A stretch of 64,000 nt of DNA from Dendrobates tinctorius (taxonomy: Eukaryota): positions 35,526,001-35,590,000 of the forward strand of contig NW_027361784.1 of the NCBI RefSeq assembly GCF_039654945.1, given 5' to 3'. Position numbers and translations under genes: made by a program. The notes beneath the pieces were generated by a model. The model saw nothing but the letters and a program-made list of their open reading frames with translations, was not told where the DNA came from and made no database searches. The number at the start of each line of letters is the position of its first letter. Within the stretch, counting starts at the first letter, position 1. Positions 21,209 to 33,820 of the stretch are shown piece by piece.

Positions 21209-21597
21209 CAGGATGAGCAGTTTGTGCAGGTTGAGAATAGTCCAATTGGTGACAGTGCTGAAAATGTGAGAAGTGAAATGTGTCTTTCTTGTATTCTCTG
21301 TAGAAGAGTCCTGGCTGGAGGAGTCGTCATGTCGGTCTGGGCCAGATGGAAAAGACGGGAAAAGTGAACGATTCCTTCAGAAAGAACGTCAGCGGTAAGT
21401 CACTATCTGTAGCTGTGCTTTGATCTCTTATATGTTCCGTAGGACTGGTATCTACCACTGACCATATGGCGGTAATATCAATATTGGTCTTTTTATATAT
21501 AATTTTTGGCAGCAGCGCGGTCGTCTGCTGAGGTTCTCTGGTTAGGGGCCCACTAAGAAGTTTCGCCCCCCGGACCAAAACCCCAGCTACACCTCTG
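21209..21597. mobile_element. Probable end of a hAT-like non-autonomous element that carries the 52-bp array
   Basis: Ends ...GGGGCCC...CCCCAGCTACACCTCTG (reverse complement CAGAGGTGTAGCT, a hAT-like terminus). The other end was not found. Confidence 0.4.
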
Positions 21598-21620
21598 ATG
21601 CTTTTGCTTACATAACACCA

Positions 21621-21700
21621 TCATATTCCGCAGCGCTTTACAGACACTATCATCACTGTCCACAATGGAGCTCACAATCTAAATACCCCATCGGTATGTC
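21621..21700 (-). mobile_element. 3' fragment of the V-SINE family
   Basis: CATATTCCGCAGCGCTTTACAG...GCTCACAATCTAAAT matches 33857-33930. Confidence 0.7.
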
Positions 21701-22009
21701 CGTGCCCTCAGTGACGCTCCGTATCTGACATATACAGATGCTGGCCGGTATCCGGCTCCTGCAGCCTTACATGGATGATGCCGTCTCCCCACAGAGTGTA
21801 AGCTCTTGTGCTGTGGATTAATTGGGGGCTGTTTGCTCTGGGGGGGGCAGGTATCATATGGAATTCATATTCCTGAGACTATGACCAGCTGGCCGTAAAG
21901 TGCGGCCGTAGACTCCGCTGCTCTGCGGGAGGTTTTGCGACAGTCGCTGATACAATGTTTCTATTTCTCAGCCGTTATTTTTAAATACAATTTGTATCAT
22001 CTTGGTGGA

Positions 22010-22360
22010 GAGTTCTACTCGCCCCGCCCACGTAACTCCACAGGTCACATGATCAAACTGCCGACCCGTACGCAGGAGAGTTCAGCCACGCCGGAAGTCA
22101 CGTGTGTCTCACCTTGGAGACGGCGCCGTGCGCGTCTACTTTGACGTGCTAACCCGGAAGTTGTGATAGTTTGACCTGTGACGTGGCGTGGTCCGATTGG
22201 CTGGCTGACGCTCAGAGGGCTCTCTGGGAGCTGCGGGTGGGAGTCCGCCGGAGAAGCTGCTGCTGGAAGGATGAGGCTCCCCGGAGACTAGGACACCCCG
22301 AAATCCGAGAGGAGACGCCGTGTCCTTCACGGGCTGAGCAGTGTGCACCGTGACGTACGG
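22010..22360. promoter_or_regulatory. CpG-rich, TATA-less promoter and probable non-coding exon 1 of phf20l1
   Basis: GC box at 22021, ETS CCGGAAGT at 22091 and 22154, E-box GTCACGTG at 22097, TGACGT at 22142 and 22179, inverted CCAAT at 22196, candidate donor GAC|GTACGG at 22354/5. It is the clearest non-repeat CpG-dense segment I saw upstream of the ATG exon. Confidence 0.7.
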
Positions 22361-22399
22361 GGAGAAGAGACAGCTGGGGTGAGAGAACGGTGACATCCA

Positions 22400-23550
22400 G
22401 GGAGTAAATGTAACGTGACGGTGGAGAGAGACACCGAGACCAAAACAGGGAGAGGAGACGGTGATAGTGCAAGAGACAGGCAGAGACGGTGTATCATAGA
22501 GAGAGACAGGGGAAAGAGGTGGCATGTCATGTGAAAGAGAAGTAGGGCAGAGAGACGACTTACGGAGGGGAGACAGACGATATACATAGGGGAGAGAGAC
22601 AGGGGGAAGAGATGGCATGTCATGGGAAACAGATGTACGGCAGAGAGACGTCACAATGAAGGAGGGGAGAGAGACGACGTACGATGGCAGAGAGACAAGG
22701 AGAAGAGTTGGCATGTCATGGGAAAGAGAGATGATGTAAGGCAGACAGAAATGGCACAGTGAAGGAGGGGGGAGAGAGACGACGTGTGATGGAGAGAGAC
22801 AAGGAGAAGAGATGGCATGTCATGCGAAAGAGAAGTACGGCAGAGAGAGACGACATACGGAGGGGAGACAAACGATATACGGAGGGGAGAGAGACAATGA
22901 GAAGAGATGTACGGCAGAGAGAGACGACGCAGGGGAGGAGGAGAGAGAGACAACGTACTGAGGGGAGAGAGACAAGGAGAAGAGATGTACGGCAGAGAGA
23001 GACGACGCAGGGGAGGAGGAGAGAGAGACAACGTACTGAGGGGAGAGAGACAAGGAGAAGAGATGTCATGGGGAAGAAATGTACGGCAGAAAGAGACGAC
23101 GTACGGAAGGAATGCGACGTATGGAAGGGATACAGACGATGTACTGAAAGGAGAGAGAGAGACGACATACGGAGGGGAGAGAGACAAGGAGAAGAGATGG
23201 CATGTCATGGGAAACAGATGTACTGCAGAGAGACGACGCAGGAAAGGAGAGAGATGACGAAGGGTGAGAGACGTACAGAGGGGAGAGTGACGACGTACGG
23301 AGGGGAGAGAGACAAGGAGTAGAGATGGCATGTCATGGAAGAGAGAGATGACGTACGGCAGACAGAAACAACACCGTGAAGGAGGGGAGAGAAAGACGAC
23401 ATACGGAGTGGGGAGAGAGAGAGATGACATACGGAGGGGAGAGAGACGTATGGAGGGAAGGGGAGAGAGAGACGACATGGTGATGACAAAAATGTACATC
23501 TGAGAGAGAGATGACATATGGTGAGAGAGAGAGACGGCGTATGGACATGA
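22400..23550 (+). repeat. Purine-rich (GA-rich) degenerate minisatellite
   Basis: Recurring GAGAGACGACGTACGGAGGGGAGAGAGAC and GGCATGTCATGG units with strong purine strand bias. Confidence 0.85.
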
Positions 23551-24228
23551 TAGAGATGCTCTTTCCTTCGCTCAGTGTGACCCTTTGGTGTTTGCAGCTT
23601 CTTTCCATTCTGCCGTTACACAGGTCCACAAATTTGAAAACTGTTCAAACTGTTTCACACGTGCTGTAGACCGCGGCCAAGTGGGCGCTTCTTTGATCTG
23701 TGTTTTGGACTGGTCTCAATAGACCCAAATGGGGCTAGAGATTATACATTGGGGGCAATGGGGTCAGATGTTATATACTGGGTGTTGACACTCAGGGCCG
23801 ATGTTACATGCCAGGGGGCAATGTAGCCAGATGTTATATACCAGCGTCATTGGTGCCAGCTGTTACACCTGAATTCAATGATTAAGACGTATTTCCGATG
23901 CTTTCCACCATATAGTATATTTCAAGAAATGAATCGTGCAGTTTTGAACCTTTAGGGTTCTCCTGGTTCCAGTGATCAGCACGTTGAAGGAGCAGAGGCA
24001 TTCCCCCCAGGGCTGTGGATTCAGTGTCCATGTTGATGGTGGTATAAAATGGACCGACTCCTAAAATTTCTAATAAATTGGGTTCAGTAGCACAATGCAG
24101 GATATGCTGTAAACTTTTTTTTATAAGAATTTCATGACGGGGAGTGAAGTATCCTCCATGTTGGATTTCCAGTGACCAATCCTTTTGTCTCATAGAGCAC
24201 AGAGAAGCGCTTGGTATTCATTGCTTAA

Positions 24229-25653
24229 AGGGAACCGGTCACCAGGAATAATGCTGTTAACCTGCAGATACGCGGTTAATCTGCAGGTTAATAGCGTTAT
24301 TATGCTGCCCAGCGCCTGCACGTAGCCGAATGCTGTGGAGAGAAAATTATCTTTATTTTCCCCAACTGCATTCGGGTTCAGTCATGGGGAGCGGAGCTGG
24401 CGCTGGCTCAGTCACCGCTATGAGTATACAGAGCGGCGCTGTAATCTCGCCTCCGACCCTGAATGACAGCCGGCCTCAGTGTAGAGCCAGTGTCAGTCAG
24501 CAAACCAAATGCTGGCGAGGAGAATAAAGATCATTTTCTGCATTCGGCTGTGTGCAGGCGCCGGGCAGCATAATCAAGGTGTTAACCTGTAGATCAACCC
24601 CATATCTGCAGGTTAGGCTTCTTTCACACTTCAGTTTTTACAATCAGTCACAATCCGCCAGGTTTTGAAAAAAACGGATCCTCAATTTTTTTTTGAGGAT
24701 CCGTTTTTTTTCCCCATTGACTTGCATTAATGGCGGATTGTGACGGATTGCTGTCCGTTGCATCCGGTTTTTTTGAGGATCCGCCAAAAGTTGGTGTCCG
24801 TCACCATCCTCAAAGATTTCAAAACGGAACTTGTAACGTTTTTTTCTCTGGCGGATCCTCCANNNNNNNNNNNNNNNNNNNNNNNNNNNNNNNNNNNNNN
24901 NNNNNNNNNNNNNNNNNNNNNNNNNNNNNNNNNNNNNNNNNNNNNNNNNNNNNNNNNNNNNNNNNNNNNNNNNNNNNNNNNNNNNNNNNNNNNNNNNNNN
25001 NNNNNNNNNNNNNNNNNNNNNNNNNNNNNNNNNNNNNNNNNNNNNNNNNNNNNNNNNNNNNNNNNNNNNNNNNNNNNNNNNNNNNNNNNNNNNNNNNNNN
25101 NNNNNNNNNNNNNNNNNNNNNNNNNNNNNNNNNNNNNNNNNNNNNNNNNNNNNNNNNNNNNNNNNNNNNNNNNNNNNNNNNNNNNNNNNNNNNNNNNNNN
25201 NNNNNNNNNNNNNNNNNNNNNNNNNNNNNNNNNNNNNNNNNNNNNNNNNNNNNNNNNNNNNNNNNNNNNNNNNNNNNNNNNNNNNNNNNNNNNNNNNNNN
25301 NNNNNNNNNNNNNNNNNNNNNNNNNNNNNNNNNNNNNNNNNNNNNNNNNNNNNNNNNNNNNNNNNNNNNNNNNNNNNNNNNNNNNNNNNNNNNNNNNNNN
25401 NNNNNNNNNNNNNNNNNNNNNNNNNNNNNNNNNNNNNNNNNNNNNNNNNNNNNNNNNNNNNNNNNNNNNNNNNNNNNNNNNNNNTTTAAATTTCCTCATT
25501 TTCAGGATCCCTCTGAAAACGGATCCTGTGCCATCCGTTCACATCAGTTAACAACGGATCCGCTTGTCTGACTTTTTGGCGGATTTGAACTGATGCAAAA
25601 AACTGAAGTGTGAAAGAGGCCTTAACTGTGTTATTCCTGATAACCAGTTCCTT
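24229..25653. mobile_element. T2/Kolobok-like MITE (TTAA TSD) containing a Harbinger-type MITE (~24614-25623)
   Basis: TTAA|AGGGAACCGGTCA ... TAACCAGTTCCTT|TTAA. Inner element GGCTTCTTTCACACTT ... AAGTGTGAAAGAGGCC spans an assembly gap. Confidence 0.7.
24863..25484. other. Assembly gap (N)
   Basis: Run of N. Confidence 1.
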
Positions 25654-26420
25654 TTAAGTCCTCAACAATCCCTTTTAAGTTCACTTTTTAATGGTCATAC
25701 AAGGAGTAGTAAATGATAACATCCATCTGGTTTAGATGTTATGTTTCGGCCGGGGTTCGGGTGCAGATGCTAAGAAACTTATTTTAAATCTGCAGGGTCC
25801 TTCCGCTCCATCATTAGATGTTCATTGCCGATGGCTTGCCTGCTATTAACGGGTGATTTCTTCATCCAGGGGATCAACTGCTTGGTGTCTCGTTCCAGAG
25901 CACCAATCTTTGGATTGCGGGGGGTTCCAGCTGATTGACCCCCCATTGTATTAAAGGGAATCTGTCACCCCATTTTTCGACTATGAGCTGCCGGCACCGC
26001 CATCAGGGGCTTATCTACAGCATTCTGTAATGCTGTAGATAAGCCCCCGATGTAATCTGAAAGAGATGAAAAAGGAGTTAGATTATACTCACCCTGGTGT
26101 TTGGTCCGGTCCGATGGGTGTTGCGGTCCGGCGCCTCCCATCTTGTAACCAGGGCTGTGGAGTCGGTAAGCCAAACCTGCAACTCCAACTCCTCAATTTC
26201 CCTCACACTGACTCCGACTCCCACACATATTGCTTATATTTAAGTGAAAAATGTATTGTAGTACAATGTGAACATCAGACATTTAATCATTTTTATGATC
26301 CAATAATCAAGATATTTAGACAGAATACAATATATATTGATTGGAATACAACTTTAGAACACAAAAACTGTAATAAATTGTAAATATGTAATACACTGTG
26401 TAATATCGATTACATATATA

Positions 26421-27996
26421 CAGTACAGACCAAAAGTTTGGACACACCTCATTCAAAGAGTTTTCTTAATTTTCATGACTATGAAAATTGTAGATTCGTT
26501 CTGAAGGCATCAACACTATGAAGTAACACACATGGAATTATATAATTAACAAAAAAGTGTGAAACAGCTGAAAATATGTCTTATATTCTAGGTTCTTCAA
26601 AGTAGCCACCTTTTGCTTTGCTTTGCACACTCTTGGCATTCTCTTGATGAGCTTCAAGAGGTAGTCACCAGAAATGGTCTTCCAACAGTCTTGAAGGAGT
26701 TCCCAGAGATGCTTAGCACTTGTTGGCCCTTTTGTCTTTACTCTGCGGTCCAGCTCACCCCAAACCATCTCGATAGGGTTCAGGTCTGGTGACTGTGGAG
26801 GCCAGGTCATCTGGCGTAGCACCCCATCACTCTCCTTCTTGGTCAAATAGCCCTTACACAGCCTGGAGGTGTGTTTGGGGTCATTGTCCTGTTGAAAAAT
26901 AAATGATGGTCTAACTAAACGCAAACCGGATGTAATAGCATGCAAGATGCTGTGGTAGCCATGCTGGTTCAGTATGCCTTCAATTATGAATAAATCCCCA
27001 ACAGTGTCACCAGCAAAGCACCCCCACCCATCACACCTCCTCCTCCTCCATGCTTCACAGTGGGAACTAGGCATGTAGAGTCCATCCGTTCACCTTTTCT
27101 GCGTCGCACCAAGACACGGAGGTTGGAACCAAAGATCTCCAATTTGAACTCATCAGACCAAAGCACAGATGTCCACTGGTCTAATGTCCAGTCCTTGTGT
27201 TCTTTAGCCCAAACAAGTCTCTTCTGCTTGTTGCCTGTCCTTAGCAGTGGTTTCCTAGCAGCTATTATACCATGAAAACCTGCTGCTCAAAGTCTCCTCT
27301 TAACAGTTGTTGTAGAGATGTGTCTGCTGCTAGAACTCTGTGTGGCATTGACCTGGTCTCTAATCTGAGCTGCTGTTAACCTGCGATTTCTGAGGCTGGT
27401 GACTCGGATGAACTTATCCTCCGCAGCAGAGGTGACTCTTGGTCCTTTCCTGGGGCGGTCCTCATGTTTCTTTGTAGCGCTTGATGGTTTTTGCCACTGC
27501 ACTTCGGGACACTTTCAAAGTTTTCCCAATTTTTAGGACTGACTGACCTTCATTTCTTAAAGTAATGATGGCCACTCGTTCTTCTTTACTCAACTGCTTT
27601 TTTCTTGCCATAATACAAATTCTAACAGTCTATTCAGTAGGACTATCAGCTGTGTATCCACCAGACTTCTGCACAACACAACTGATGGTCCCAACCCCAT
27701 TTATAAGGCGAGAAATCCCACTTATTAAACCTGACAGGGCACACCTGTGAAGTGACAACCATTTCTGGTGACTACCTCTTGAAGCTCATCAAGAGAATGC
27801 CAAGAATGTGCAAAGCAGTAATCAAGCAAAAGGTGGCTACTTTGAAGAACCTAGAATATAAGACATACAGTATTTTCATTTGTTTCACACTTTTTTGTTA
27901 ATTATATAATTCCACATGTGTTAATTCATAGTCTTGATGACTTCAGAGTGAATCTACAATTTTCATAGCAATGAATATTTAGAAAACTCTTTGAAT
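26421..27996 (-). mobile_element. Decayed Tc1 (DD34E-type) with long TIRs
   Basis: TA|CAGTACAGACCAAAAGTTTGGACAC. Fragments LWSDE, FQQDNDPKH and [11 protein letters not shown] lie in different frames. The other TIR runs into the gap. Confidence 0.9.
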
Positions 27997-28171
27997 NNNN
28001 NNNNNNNNNNNNNNNNNNNNNNNNNNNNNNNNNNNNNNNNNNNNNNNNNNNNNNNNNNNNNNNNNNNNNNNNNNNNNNNNNNNNNNNNNNNNNNNNNNNN
28101 NNNNNNNNNNNNNNNNNNNNNNNNNNNNNNNNNNNNNNNNNNNNNNNNNNNNNNNNNNNNNNNNNNNNNNN
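27997..28171. other. Assembly gap (N)
   Basis: Run of N. Confidence 1.
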
Positions 28172-30458
28172 TAAGACAAAGCCTAGATCCTCAGGCTACA
28201 TTCACACCGTGGGCGTAGCTAGGATCAAACCTGGGGGGGGGGCAGAGCCTCATACTGTTCCACAGAACCTCATACTGCACACCCCTACACTTGAAAATAA
28301 AGTCTGCACCTTAAGAAGATGTGGTGAATGCAGTCTATTTATTCCAACTATCATTTGATGTTGATGTGTTACTGAAGATGAGCAATGCCTGTCCTGGGCG
28401 TCCTTTTGGGCAGCTATGAGGTGTACCTGACTGGTGCTAAAAAAAAGGAGTGTTAGTCTGTGTGCTACCCGGCTTTCATACTTTTTGGTACAGATATGAT
28501 ATGGATAGACAGATATGGATAAATGGATAGAGCAGATTTCTAATCTGCTCTTGCTATTGAAAACATTATCTATGAGCTCATAAACCTTTCAGGTGATGCC
28601 GTTTTTTAAAAAGCTGATCGGCTTTTGCAGCTGAAAAATGTATCCTCAAAAACCACAGGAAAAACGCTGTGTGTGAATGTAGCCTTAGATCAGGAATAGA
28701 ACAGTCATTTATAGGACATTTCATAACTTTCCCAAATTCCTATGAAAAAATATTCAGCACATCCTGCATTGAACTACTGTACCCAATTTATTATATATTT
28801 TAGGAGTCGGAGTCGGTCCATTTTATACCAACTCTGACTCCGGCTCCACCAAAATGAGCACCGATTCCACGACTCCGACTCCACAGCCCTGCTTGTAACG
28901 GTGACGTCCTCTTCTTTGCTGCCTCTCTTGGCTCCGGCGCAGGCGCACTGCTCTGCCCTGTTGACAGCAGAGCAGAGTCCTGCAGTGCGCGGGCGCCAGG
29001 AGAGGTCCGGCGCCTGCGCACTGCAGTATTTTGCTATGCCCAGGAGCAACGTTAGGCACCAAAGAAGAGGATGTCACCGTTAGAAGATGGGAGGCGCCGG
29101 ACCGCAACACCCATCGGACCAAGACCAGACCGCCCCCCGTTGAGTAGAATCTAACTCATTTTTCTTCTCTTTCAGGTTACATCGGCGGCTTATCTACAGC
29201 ATTACAGAATGCTGTAGATAAGCCCCTGATGGTGGTGTCGGCAGCTCATAGTCAAAAATGGGGTGACAGATTCCCTTTAATAATAATATTTTAGAAATAT
29301 CTCTTTAACGTCCATGTAGTTTTTGCAGAATATTACAACCATTAATTATAAACAAATCCACAAATTAATCGCTAATGATACAGTGCAAAGTGACTGTGGA
29401 TACTGTTAGATGCTCGTAAGCTGGAGAGCTACCCTGGATTTATGGTACCACACAGTGTTTTCAGCTATTTCCATAAGTTGTAATAGGCTTGGGTCATGTT
29501 TTTCTGCTCTGTAGATCCCAGGATGGAGCTCATTTCCGACTACTCCTTTCATTCTCTATGGGACTGCTGGATATAGCGGGAAACTTGGTAACACTAAAAG
29601 CTGCCATTGACCATACCGGTTCCTGTACAAACTGGAGAACTGACCCCACAGTACCTAGTGGTTCCTGTGTGAGCTGAGATAGCCCTAAACACAGACTAGA
29701 CTATGGCAACTCGGACCTATGTTGCCTGAAAGGCCATCGAGCGCTTCATGTTCCTCCTAAAGATCCAGAGGGCATAGCAGAGTGCAAATTACTAGCAGAA
29801 GGGAAAGTGTGCTGAAATAGAAAGAGGCCCCAGAGTGAGTAAAGCAAACCACAAAATAAAGGATTAAATACGGACTGTTAGAATAAGCCGCCTACTTCAT
29901 AAAAAGAAACAAGATAGGTGCAGGGTAAAAGTCAGCAGAGAGATAATACCTAGCAGGTCTTTCACTGACTGGCTTAAACTACAGCAGTATGGCTGGACAT
30001 CCAAATGAGGAAATACCAGCAGGGGGAAAGTATATAAAGCCGCACCTGAAAGGTGATAGGGCAGACAAATGAGTAAATGAAAACACCTGTTACCCTGAAA
30101 AGATTGAAGAAAGAATAACAGAAACTAAACACCTGGAGAAAAGGTGTATCTGTTGTGGGTCGACGGACAGAGAAGCCGACCACAAAGCACAGGATCAGCA
30201 TTTTGAAATATTTTCGCTTCCCACATATGAAACCTTTTTGACAACTATGTAATAATTCTCATAAACATGGTGCAGGGTTCCCCCACCATCAGTTGATGAT
30301 GGTTTCTGTCGGTTTGTTATGACTGAATACTCTGCATTAACCTTACTTACTAATTATAGGGGTAGGAGATGTTATCATTACAGATGGTGCATTATTAGTT
30401 ACTGATTCCGGGTGCTTGTGTCCTTCCACAGGTTGGGGGGAGAAGAGAAGACTCTAAG

Positions 30459-30541
30459 ATGAGTAAGAAGCCTCCGATTCGCCCCGGAATCACATTTGAG
30501 GTTGGCGCTCGTGTAGAGGCGCAGGACTACCTGCAGAAATG
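30459..30541 (+). CDS. phf20l1: PHD finger protein 20-like 1, first coding exon (exon 30432-30541)
   Basis: Acceptor ttccacag, [28 protein letters not shown], donor gtacgg. Matches the vertebrate PHF20L1 N-terminus. Confidence 0.96.
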
Positions 30542-30949
30542 GTACGGGAAGTTTATTATTCACACACATATATACCATATATAATTTATTTTAAAGACCT
30601 TTACAGTAATGTGAAATGCCATTAATAAGATCTGATTGTGTGCAGTCTGGGCGCTGAGGAAGCAAAGACCGGTGTAAACACAAAATACCGTTTTTGACAA
30701 AAGAAATGGTTTGATGGAAAAGGAGCTTTATCTTCAGGTTAGCCAATGAATGTCTACTTGCCGTGTTCACCACAAATGATCATGTTAGCTTGCGGCCGTG
30801 ATCTTGGAATGATAATAAAATCAGATAATCTTTGAAGGCAAAATAGAACTCGCTACTATTGTGTTCTCATAGTAATGGGTCCTAGCGCAATGTAGCATTG
30901 TGGCTGTCCTTGTTCCCTCAGATATGTCTGCTCTCCTGTGTGAGGAAAG

Positions 30950-31960
30950 CATGCAAGCCTGTGAGTCCTGCTAACTCCAGCAACACAAAGAATAAGTCTG
31001 TGAGTCCTGCTACCCCCACCAAAACACAAAAATGCGCCTGAGTCCTGCTTTCCCTACCAACACTCTGAATAAGCCTGTGAGTTTTGCTTCCACACTCAGA
31101 ATAAGCCTGTGAGTTTTGCTTCCACCTTCCACACACAGAGTGAGCATGAGCCCTGCCTTCTTCGCCCCCACACAGAATAAGCCTGTGAGTCCTGCAACCC
31201 CCACCAAAACACAGAATTAGCCTGAGTCGTGCTTTCCCTATTTACACTCAGAATAAGCCTGTGAGTCCTTCTTCCACCGTCCACACTCAGAATAAGCATG
31301 TCAGTCGTACTTACCCTGCCCACATTCAGAATAAGGCCGGAATCAGACTTGAGAGAATCTCGCACGAATCTCGCATCTCGATACCTGACACTGCCGCCAG
31401 CAATCGGGACGGAGCATGCGGCTGCACGTCTTTCTATGCAGCCGCACACTCCGGTCCCGAGTGCCGGCGGCAGTGACCGGTATTGAGATGCGAGACTCAT
31501 GTGCATTTCTCACAAGTCTGACCCCGGCCTTAGCCTGAGAGTCCTTACAACACCAACACACAGTATGAGCATGTGAGTCCTTCTTCCACCGTCCACACTC
31601 AGAATAAGCATGTGAGTCCTACTTCCCCTGCCCACACTCAGAATAAGGCCGGGGTCAGACTTGTGAGAATCTTGCACGAGTCTCGCATCTCAATACCCGG
31701 CACTGCCGCCGGCATTCAGGACGGAGTGTGCGGCTGCATGTCTTTCTATGCAGCCGCACACTCCGGTCACGAGTGCCGGCGGCAGTGCCGGGTATTGAGA
31801 TGCGAGACTCATGCGCGTTTCTCGCAAGTCTGACCACGGCCTTAGCCTGAGAGTCCTTACAACACCAACACACAGAATGAGCATGTGAGTCCTGCTTTCT
31901 TACCCACACACAGAATAAGCCCATGAGTCCTTCTTTCCCCCACCACACACAGAATAGGCA
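30950..31960 (+). repeat. Degenerate CAGAATAAGCCTGTGAGTCC minisatellite with a 312-bp tandem duplication containing a palindromic MITE (31335-31529, 31647-31841)
   Basis: Repeated motif. MITE TIR GGCCGGGGTCAGACTTG with TAA/TTA flanks. The array resumes at 34355-34980 after the CR1 insertion. Confidence 0.85.
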
Positions 31961-32420
31961 TGTCAGACTAGACCTAATACTATGTTATAGACCTGACAGA
32001 ATAACAAATCTGCAGGTCGTCGGGCATCTAGGAAATAGCGACCACAATATTGTACAGATTCACTTGTCTTTCACTAGGGGAACTTGTCAGGGAGTCACAA
32101 AAACACTGAACTTTAGGAAGGCAAAGTCTGACCAGCTTAGAGATGCCCTTAATCTGGTGACTGGGACAATATCCTCAGAAATAAGAATCCAGAAAATAAA
32201 TGGGAAATGTTTAAGAACATCCTAAATAGGAGCTGTAAGCGGTTTATACCTCGTGGGAATAAAAGGACAATAAATAGGAAACACCCAATGTGGCTAAACA
32301 AAGAAGTAAGAGGGGCAATTAAGAGTAAAAAGAAAGCATTTAAGCTACTAAAGCAGGATGGCACCACTAAAGGTGTAAAAACTATAGGGAGAAAAGTACT
32401 TTATCTAAAAAACTAATTAA

Positions 32421-32785
32421 GGGTGTGTACACACGCTGCGGATTTTGCTGCGGTTCCGCAGCGGACCCGCAGCAGTTTTTGCTGCGGTGTACAGTACCAT
32501 GATTCCCTATGGGAATCAAAAAACGCAATGCATACGGTGCGGAATTTTCTGCGCGGATTATCTGCGGTTTTCAATCCGCAGAAACAATTGACATGTCAAT
32601 TCTTTCTGCGGATTCCTTTGCGGTTTGCCATCTCCTCCATTGAGGAGATGAAAAACCGCAGGGCAAAACCGCAGAGCAATCTGCAGGTAAAATCGCAGGT
32701 CTTTTGACCTGCGGTTTCACCTGCGGATTTTACAAAATCCGTGCGGATGAATCCGCAGCAAAATCCGCAGCGTGTGCACACACCC
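32421..32785. mobile_element. Harbinger-type MITE inserted in CR1
   Basis: TAA TSD. TIR GGGTGTGTACACACGCTGCGGATTT / AAATCCGCAGCGTGTGCACACACCC. Many TGCGG/CCGCA motifs. Confidence 0.9.
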
Positions 32786-33820
32786 TAAAGCTGCCAAAAG
32801 GAAACCGGGAAGCACATTGGTAAGGAGAGAGAGACTAATCCCAAACTGTTCTTCACCTATATCAATAGTAAAAGAATCAAAAGTGAAACTCTGGGCCCCT
32901 TAAAAAATTGTGAGGAAAGAATGGTTGTAGATGACGAGGAAAAAGCTAATATATTAAACACCTTCTTCTCCATGGTATTCACGGTAGAAAATGAAATGCT
33001 AGGTGAAATGCCGAGAGACAAAGAAAACCCTATATTAAGAGTCACCAATCTAACCCAAGAAGAGGTGCAAAACCGGCTAAATAAGATTAACATAGATAAA
33101 TCTCCGGGTCCGGATGGCATACACCCACGAGTACTAAGAGAACTAAGTAATGTAATAGACAAACCATTATTTCTTATATTTAGAGACTCTATAGCGACGG
33201 GGTCTGTTCCACAGGACTGGCGCATAGGAAATGTGGTACCAATATTCAAAAGGGCTCTAAAAGAGAACCTGGAAATTATAGGCCAGTAAAGTCTAACCTC
33301 TATTGTTGGTGAGATATGTGAAGGGTTTCTAAGGGATGTTATTCTGGATTATCTCAATAAGAATAACTGTGTAACTCCATATCAGCATGGGTTTATGAGG
33401 AATCGCTCCTGTCAAACCAATCTATTCAGTTTTTATGAAGAGGTAAGCTATAGACTGGACCAAGGTGAGTTATTGGATGTGGTATATCTTGATTTTTCCT
33501 CTGTACAGATCCCTAGTTAGACCGCACATGGAGTACTGTGTACAGTTTTGGGCACCGGTGCTCAGGAGGGATATAATGGAACTAGAGCGAGTACAAAGGA
33601 GGGCAACAAAATTAATAAATGGGATGGGGTAACTATAATACCCAGAGAGATTAGAAAAATTAGAATTATTTAGTCTAGAAAAAAAGACAGCTGAGATCTA
33701 ATAACCATGTATAAGTATATAAGGGGAAAATACAAATATCTCTCCGAGGATCTGTTTATACCAAGGAAGGTGACGGTCACAAGGGGGCATTCTCTGCGTC
33801 TGGAGGAGAGAAGGTTTTTT

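Larger units (their letters stand above)
26150..28891. mobile_element. Non-autonomous hAT element
   Basis: TIR CAGGGCTGTGGAGTCGG / CCGACTCCACAGCCCTG. 8-bp TSD CTTGTAAC at 26142-26149 and 28892-28899. Subterminal GACTCC repeats. Confidence 0.92.
25955..29276. mobile_element. T2/Kolobok-like palindromic MITE hosting a hAT element
   Basis: TTAA|AGGGAATCTGTCACCCCATTTTT ... AAAAATGGGGTGACAGATTCCCT|TTAA with ~190-bp inverted arms. Confidence 0.85.

Noticed and set aside
22136-23629. Ser/Leu/Pro- and Arg/Glu-rich ORFs up to 288 aa
   Set aside because: Products of the GA-rich low-complexity repeat.
24730-28218. ORFs containing X runs
   Set aside because: They span assembly gaps.
29640-30243. Possible solo LTR (TATA-like GTATATAAAG, ends TGACA)
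   Set aside because: No matching 5' terminus or TSD could be identified, so it was left unannotated.
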